Origin: a phage
Assembly (NCBI GenBank): GCA_027262695.1
Contig: GCA_027262695.1_4722.1
DNA: 64,000 nt
Direction: 5' to 3' (one strand)
The notes below the pieces were generated by a model, which had not been told where the DNA came from, did not search any database, and saw only the letters and a list, made by a program, of their open reading frames with translations. This document shows, piece after piece, positions 60,125 through 64,000 of the stretch. The translations under genes and the position numbers were made by a program. Each line of letters opens with the position of its first letter. Positions within the stretch are counted from its first letter, which is position 1.

Positions 60125-60554
60125 TGTATTTGGTGTCGTAAGACATATGCTGGATTAATTTTCTAGGCTCGATGAAAATACGACACGAGATAAATACATC
60201 GGGATCATACTGCTCTACACAACGCCCGAAAACCAGCTTTGCAGTCTGGCGCATCAAGGCTATTTCCCGATCATTCATCTCATTATCGAATTCGATGTTT
60301 ATCGTGATTTTATCAGGAAATAAATAGATAGAGTAATTGCCACTAATACCACCATCATCAAAACGATAATCGTTGTGGTAATGGTGAAGCTTACCGTCGT
60401 GTGTCGTCTGGTACCATCCGATGATACTATCAAGTCCCACACCCAAGCGGCGTTCGAATGCCCAATTAATAACATCCTCGACAACGGATGCGGGCGTGGG
60501 ACCATTGAATAATCTATCCAGACGCTTTTTCATCGATTTGGTTTTCACGTTCAT
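60102..60554 (-). CDS. small protein, probable family D member
   Basis: 150 aa ORF within the array. Confidence 0.5.
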   Translation of the reverse strand: MNVKTKSMKKRLDRLFNGPTPASVVEDVINWAFERRLGVGLDSIIGWYQTTHDGKLHHYHNDYRFDDGGISGNYSIYLFPDKITINIEFDNEMNDREIALMRQTAKLVFGRCVEQYDPDVFISCRIFIEPRKLIQHMSYDTKYIDESDKE

Positions 60555-60584
60555 TGTTTCTTTTCCTGTTATAGTCGGTATACA

Positions 60585-60618
60585 GCCCTTCCCCGGCCTT
60601 GATGGCTAGGGAAGGGGC
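60585..60618. terminator. GC-rich hairpin (family-related copy 11)
   Basis: gcccttcccc-ggccttgatggcta-gggaaggggc followed by ctatg. Confidence 0.5.
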
Positions 60619-60630
60619 TATGTTACGTTG

Positions 60631-61032
60631 TTACGCTTCGCAATCAGCTGAAGATGTTGCACGCTTCTTGCCATCAAAATGCCAAAGTAGACACGCTGGG
60701 AAGAGGCAAACATCTAGAGTGCAAGGGATGTCGTATTTTTCTTCCAGTTCGTAAAGACAATCCGCGAGCTGCTTTCGTGCATTCTCATCGTGTCGTAATG
60801 CGATATGACCTAATCGTTGTTGGTCGTTCTTTACATATACCTCGAAAAGTATGTGTTGTTGAAAAGCATTGATTCGTACCCCTTCAAGTATATCGGTGTC
60901 GAGCATGCGAGTAAAACTCATTGCTGTCGACGATGTCGAGGTTTCTTGTTTAACCAGATCGATCATGGTGGGAATATACGAATGGTCGATGTTATCGACG
61001 ACCGCTTTAGCGACGGAATCTGCAATGTTCAT
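60631..61032 (-). CDS. small protein, probable family D member
   Basis: 133 aa ORF; N-terminus MNIADSVAKAVVDNI. Confidence 0.5.
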   Translation of the reverse strand: MNIADSVAKAVVDNIDHSYIPTMIDLVKQETSTSSTAMSFTRMLDTDILEGVRINAFQQHILFEVYVKNDQQRLGHIALRHDENARKQLADCLYELEEKYDIPCTLDVCLFPACLLWHFDGKKRATSSADCEA

Positions 61033-61062
61033 CTTTAATCCTTAATGTTATCGTTACCGTAT

Positions 61063-61482
61063 TTAGGTGGTTTTCGGGTTATGTTCGTATTTGACGATCG
61101 TTACTGGAATATTACAATGGTCGAAACAGTTGAATGAAATTGTTGTTGGGATTTCGAACGCCATGACTTTGGCTTTAATATACCCGATTAAGTCGTCTTC
61201 GATAAATAAAACCTCAGGCTTATCGTTAGCATCGACCCAAACATCAACACAGAGCTTGTCGTTATTGGTCAGTACGTTGATAGTGTACGTACTGCCGTCC
61301 ATGTGAATATGCGATCTTCTACAAGAATTGAGTAGAGCAGTCGGACTATTCACAGTCGCCCGCAACTGGTTGCTGGTCTGGATCGTGTTCAGGACATCAC
61401 GTATGATGTTATCTACCAACGTAAATAGTTTCTTAGTAACGTTCTCTTTTAGAAGCTGTATCAAAGAAACAGTTGCGGTCAT
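61063..61482 (-). CDS. small protein, probable family D member
   Basis: 139 aa ORF; N-terminus MTATVSLIQLLKENV. Confidence 0.5.
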   Translation of the reverse strand: MTATVSLIQLLKENVTKKLFTLVDNIIRDVLNTIQTSNQLRATVNSPTALLNSCRRSHIHMDGSTYTINVLTNNDKLCVDVWVDANDKPEVLFIEDDLIGYIKAKVMAFEIPTTISFNCFDHCNIPVTIVKYEHNPKTT

Positions 61483-62243
61483 TTACGATCCTCTTTAACA
61501 ACAGATGTTACCCACGACGTGATGGCTGGATGAAAACAGAGGGTGAAGGTGACGGATGTTTTATATCTCGATGCGCAGTTTCGCAGTCGTGTTTCGAAGA
61601 TCCTTTTCGATTCAAGATCGTTGTTGTCGATAACAGACAAACCGCTTACTATCCCAATAACGTTGATGCCTTTGTCTGTCTGAGTTGTGACGATGCGCCG
61701 TAACGGTTCATACTCGTAGCTGTACACGCACCCATTCTTAGGACCGGGTGTCGAACTGGCTGCACGGGCGACAGCAACTAACATATCGACAATACGATCG
61801 ATTCGAGTCCTTGCGTTGTCACTGCCGGTCTCGGTTGAGATTTCTTTCGTATCGAATATTATTACTCCGCTATCGTTAGATCCCGTGGGGAAACACATAG
61901 CTAAACGAATAGGATATTCGTACATTGAGGTTCTTTTTTGGAAAATTTCAGATAGATGTTGTTCATACGTCAACACATCAACATCATCTAGAGATGGGGG
62001 TAATACAGCCTGAATAATAACGCCGTCATCGGTTAAACCGATTCCCAGGAGACGTAGTTTATTGTCGCTTGGTACTGTTTTCTGGAGATATGCTTTACCG
62101 TTAACGATATCGGTATCCCACGTATCTTCACATAACAAATTTTCAAACCGATCGAAAATATGGTCTACGGTATCGATGAGTTCTGTGACACGTCGTTGTT
62201 GGTTGGTTTCAATCAATTGTTGGATTCTTTCTTTGATAGACAT
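61479..62243 (-). CDS. protein of family D (longer member)
   Basis: 254 aa; ATGA overlap with the downstream gene. Confidence 0.5.
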   Translation of the reverse strand: MSIKERIQQLIETNQQRRVTELIDTVDHIFDRFENLLCEDTWDTDIVNGKAYLQKTVPSDNKLRLLGIGLTDDGVIIQAVLPPSLDDVDVLTYEQHLSEIFQKRTSMYEYPIRLAMCFPTGSNDSGVIIFDTKEISTETGSDNARTRIDRIVDMLVAVARAASSTPGPKNGCVYSYEYEPLRRIVTTQTDKGINVIGIVSGLSVIDNNDLESKRIFETRLRNCASRYKTSVTFTLCFHPAITSWVTSVVKEDRK

Positions 62244-62245
62244 GA

Positions 62246-62698
62246 TTACTCCTTAGTTCCTTCTTTGTCGGCTTTATACTCCACACAGTGGAATTCACAT
62301 TCATCGATAAACCTGAGTGTTACTGTAATAGGGAAATCACGCGGCGAAGCGGATTTCTTAAATGCGCTATCAGCAACATCGGATAATCGACGTATGGTAT
62401 TCACTCCTTTCGCCACGAACGGGAATTTAATGTTAATAAGGATACGGTGTTTGTAAATAGTAAAGACGACGGTGCTGTCGAAATGCACACCAGTTAAAGT
62501 CATTGTTGGGATGCGTTTTACGACAGAGAAATATGTCCCGTCAATATCGCTACTTCCCACTGACCATTCATCGGAATTGCGCAGACTTCCCTTGAGGAGT
62601 TCAACGCTTTGCGTGACCACCTCAGCAACCTGTGCGACGTAGGTGTCTTTGTGCGTATCGAACAGTTCATTTACGCTGGATTTGAATGAAAAAGCCAT
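62246..62698 (-). CDS. small protein, tandem paralogue family D
   Basis: 150 aa; MAFSFKSSVNEL closely matches MTFSIKDAVKSI of 59143-59601. Confidence 0.55.
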   Translation of the reverse strand: MAFSFKSSVNELFDTHKDTYVAQVAEVVTQSVELLKGSLRNSDEWSVGSSDIDGTYFSVVKRIPTMTLTGVHFDSTVVFTIYKHRILINIKFPFVAKGVNTIRRLSDVADSAFKKSASPRDFPITVTLRFIDECEFHCVEYKADKEGTKE

Positions 62699-62742
62699 TG
62701 CCGTGATCCTACCTTTTCTTTATCTGTGATAAAATTGTTTAT

Positions 62743-62764
62743 GTGTTCCCTCTTACGGGAACAC
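62743..62764 (-). terminator. hairpin downstream of the 62772-63287 gene
   Basis: gtgttccc-tcttac-gggaacac perfect 8 bp stem. Confidence 0.4.
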
Positions 62765-62771
62765 GTCATTA

Positions 62772-63287
62772 TTAACTATCGGCTTTGCTGTCCTCTGGAT
62801 CGTAGCGGAATTCGAATAGTTCCGATCCGTCGTGCCCTGCTATTGTCAACATAATCGGCATGTCGAATCCTCGAGCGCGCGAATGGAAACATTGCGCTAA
62901 TTTTATTTTCGCATACGCCGCTACTTCGTTGGTCGCTATACGAGACTCGCCTGAGATGCTGAGTATGATATCAATACTAACAAGGTCGTCGTGTAGCGCA
63001 AAACGCCAGCGATCGATACGGGGATTATCGGCAGCAAGCGATTCGTTTACAAGATAGACTTTTTCATCGAACGACACGGCAGGACTCCAGCATTGTTCGT
63101 TCAACAGACATGTCTGAAGTCTTGAAATCGTCAGATCGATGATGTCCCAGCACGCAACCAGCGTCATATCGGATACGAGATTGAGAAGTTCGTGTACGCG
63201 ATCTTTTATTTTTAATGCCTCTCCTTGCGGACGTCCGCAAATACCGTGTGCGTCCACTTTCTTATTAACTTCGTTACTCATAATCAC
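62772..63287 (-). CDS. small protein, probable family D member
   Basis: 171 aa ORF. Confidence 0.5.
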   Translation of the reverse strand: MIMSNEVNKKVDAHGICGRPQGEALKIKDRVHELLNLVSDMTLVACWDIIDLTISRLQTCLLNEQCWSPAVSFDEKVYLVNESLAADNPRIDRWRFALHDDLVSIDIILSISGESRIATNEVAAYAKIKLAQCFHSRARGFDMPIMLTIAGHDGSELFEFRYDPEDSKADS

Positions 63288-63347
63288 CTCTTTTTTAATC
63301 TAAATGTTCGTTGGGATTGTTTACCATTTGGCGTCAGCTTAAAACGA

Positions 63348-63953
63348 TCACATGCTTCCCAGCACGTTCATAAGCATAGAACCCATACGGGAGCTCAAAT
63401 TCGACGCGCCGGTGTATTCAGCCAGTTGGCGATAGACCTCTTCTGGGCTGTCTTCTTCGCCGTCAGCGTTGATATAGACCGAAAAAGAGAGCAGGTCAGT
63501 ATCCACGTTGACCAACAAACGTCGTTCATTACGATCCTTCAGGTTTTCGGTAATCGCAGCTTTCAACAGATCCAATGCGTTAATTGCGCGCAGGATATCT
63601 GTATCCGGGCTCTCTAGGGTGATTTTACCTTTCAGATCGATGTTGACTTTGGTGACTACCGGACTGAGATCGACTTTAACGTGTTTGTCGGGATTCATGC
63701 GAATAACCGCGCGGTCGATATCCGAACCGAAGAACGCGATGGTTGGGTCCAACGCTTCGTTGTTCGGATCCATGTTCTCATCCATACCTGCCTGCAAGAA
63801 ACGTTCTACGTTATCCAATTCACGATAAACCGACTCTTCGATTTCCTTCAGGTAGTTTGCTGCGGTCTCATGCTCTTTACGCAGCTCGTCTTTAAGGAGC
63901 TGTACGGTGGCTTCACTGGAACGAATGCTGTTAACGAATTGGGTGATAGACAT
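63348..63953 (-). CDS. small protein, tandem paralogue family D
   Basis: 201 aa; MSITQFVNSIRSSEA resembles the family D N-termini; the array probably continues beyond the window. Confidence 0.5.
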   Translation of the reverse strand: MSITQFVNSIRSSEATVQLLKDELRKEHETAANYLKEIEESVYRELDNVERFLQAGMDENMDPNNEALDPTIAFFGSDIDRAVIRMNPDKHVKVDLSPVVTKVNIDLKGKITLESPDTDILRAINALDLLKAAITENLKDRNERRLLVNVDTDLLSFSVYINADGEEDSPEEVYRQLAEYTGASNLSSRMGSMLMNVLGSM

Positions 63954-64000
63954 CTCGAATTCCTTAAATTTCTTAGATTCAATTAATACTGGAAAGCGGT

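Noticed and set aside
1-64000. CRISPR arrays, tRNA or rRNA genes, integrase or attachment sites, host chromosomal genes
   Set aside because: No regularly spaced direct repeats with unique spacers, no cloverleaf-like sequences in intergenic gaps and no recombinase motifs were seen; the window is uniformly phage-like. A tRNA scan was not run and would be the decisive check.

Overview
This 64 kb window reads as a densely packed segment of a large virulent (jumbo-type, phiKZ-like in organisation) bacteriophage of a Gram-negative, probably enterobacterial, host. The phage assignment and host guess are inference from gene architecture and codon usage; no database search was possible. About 53 protein-coding genes are supported, roughly 90% coding, with about 44 on the minus strand and five short plus-strand islands (18-452, 6627-9545, 19172-20785, 42517-46719, 55211-58498). 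No tRNA, rRNA, CRISPR array, integrase or recognisable host gene was seen. Only a few products can be named from motifs visible in the sequence: a family-B-polymerase-type 3'-5' exonuclease protein (FDIET, NIAFD, YNLWD), an HNH_3 homing endonuclease sitting inside a group I intron whose P, Q, R and S core elements are readable, and a membrane-anchored HExxH zinc metallopeptidase. A 740 aa gene with strong codon optimisation is the putative major capsid protein. Most other genes are hypothetical and fall into four tandem paralogue families: A (four genes, 509-4128), B (three genes, 22304-24428), C (at least six to seven large processed-virion-protein-like genes, 29854-39846 plus 50446-53247) and D (about ten small genes, 58585-63953, running off the window edge). 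The most unusual signals are the intron with its homing endonuclease in an apparently split polymerase gene, an 11-copy family of near-identical GC-rich intergenic hairpins embedded in a CATA...TATG palindrome, an 863 aa protein with Gln/Pro/Tyr-rich prion-like tracts, and the small-gene array D.
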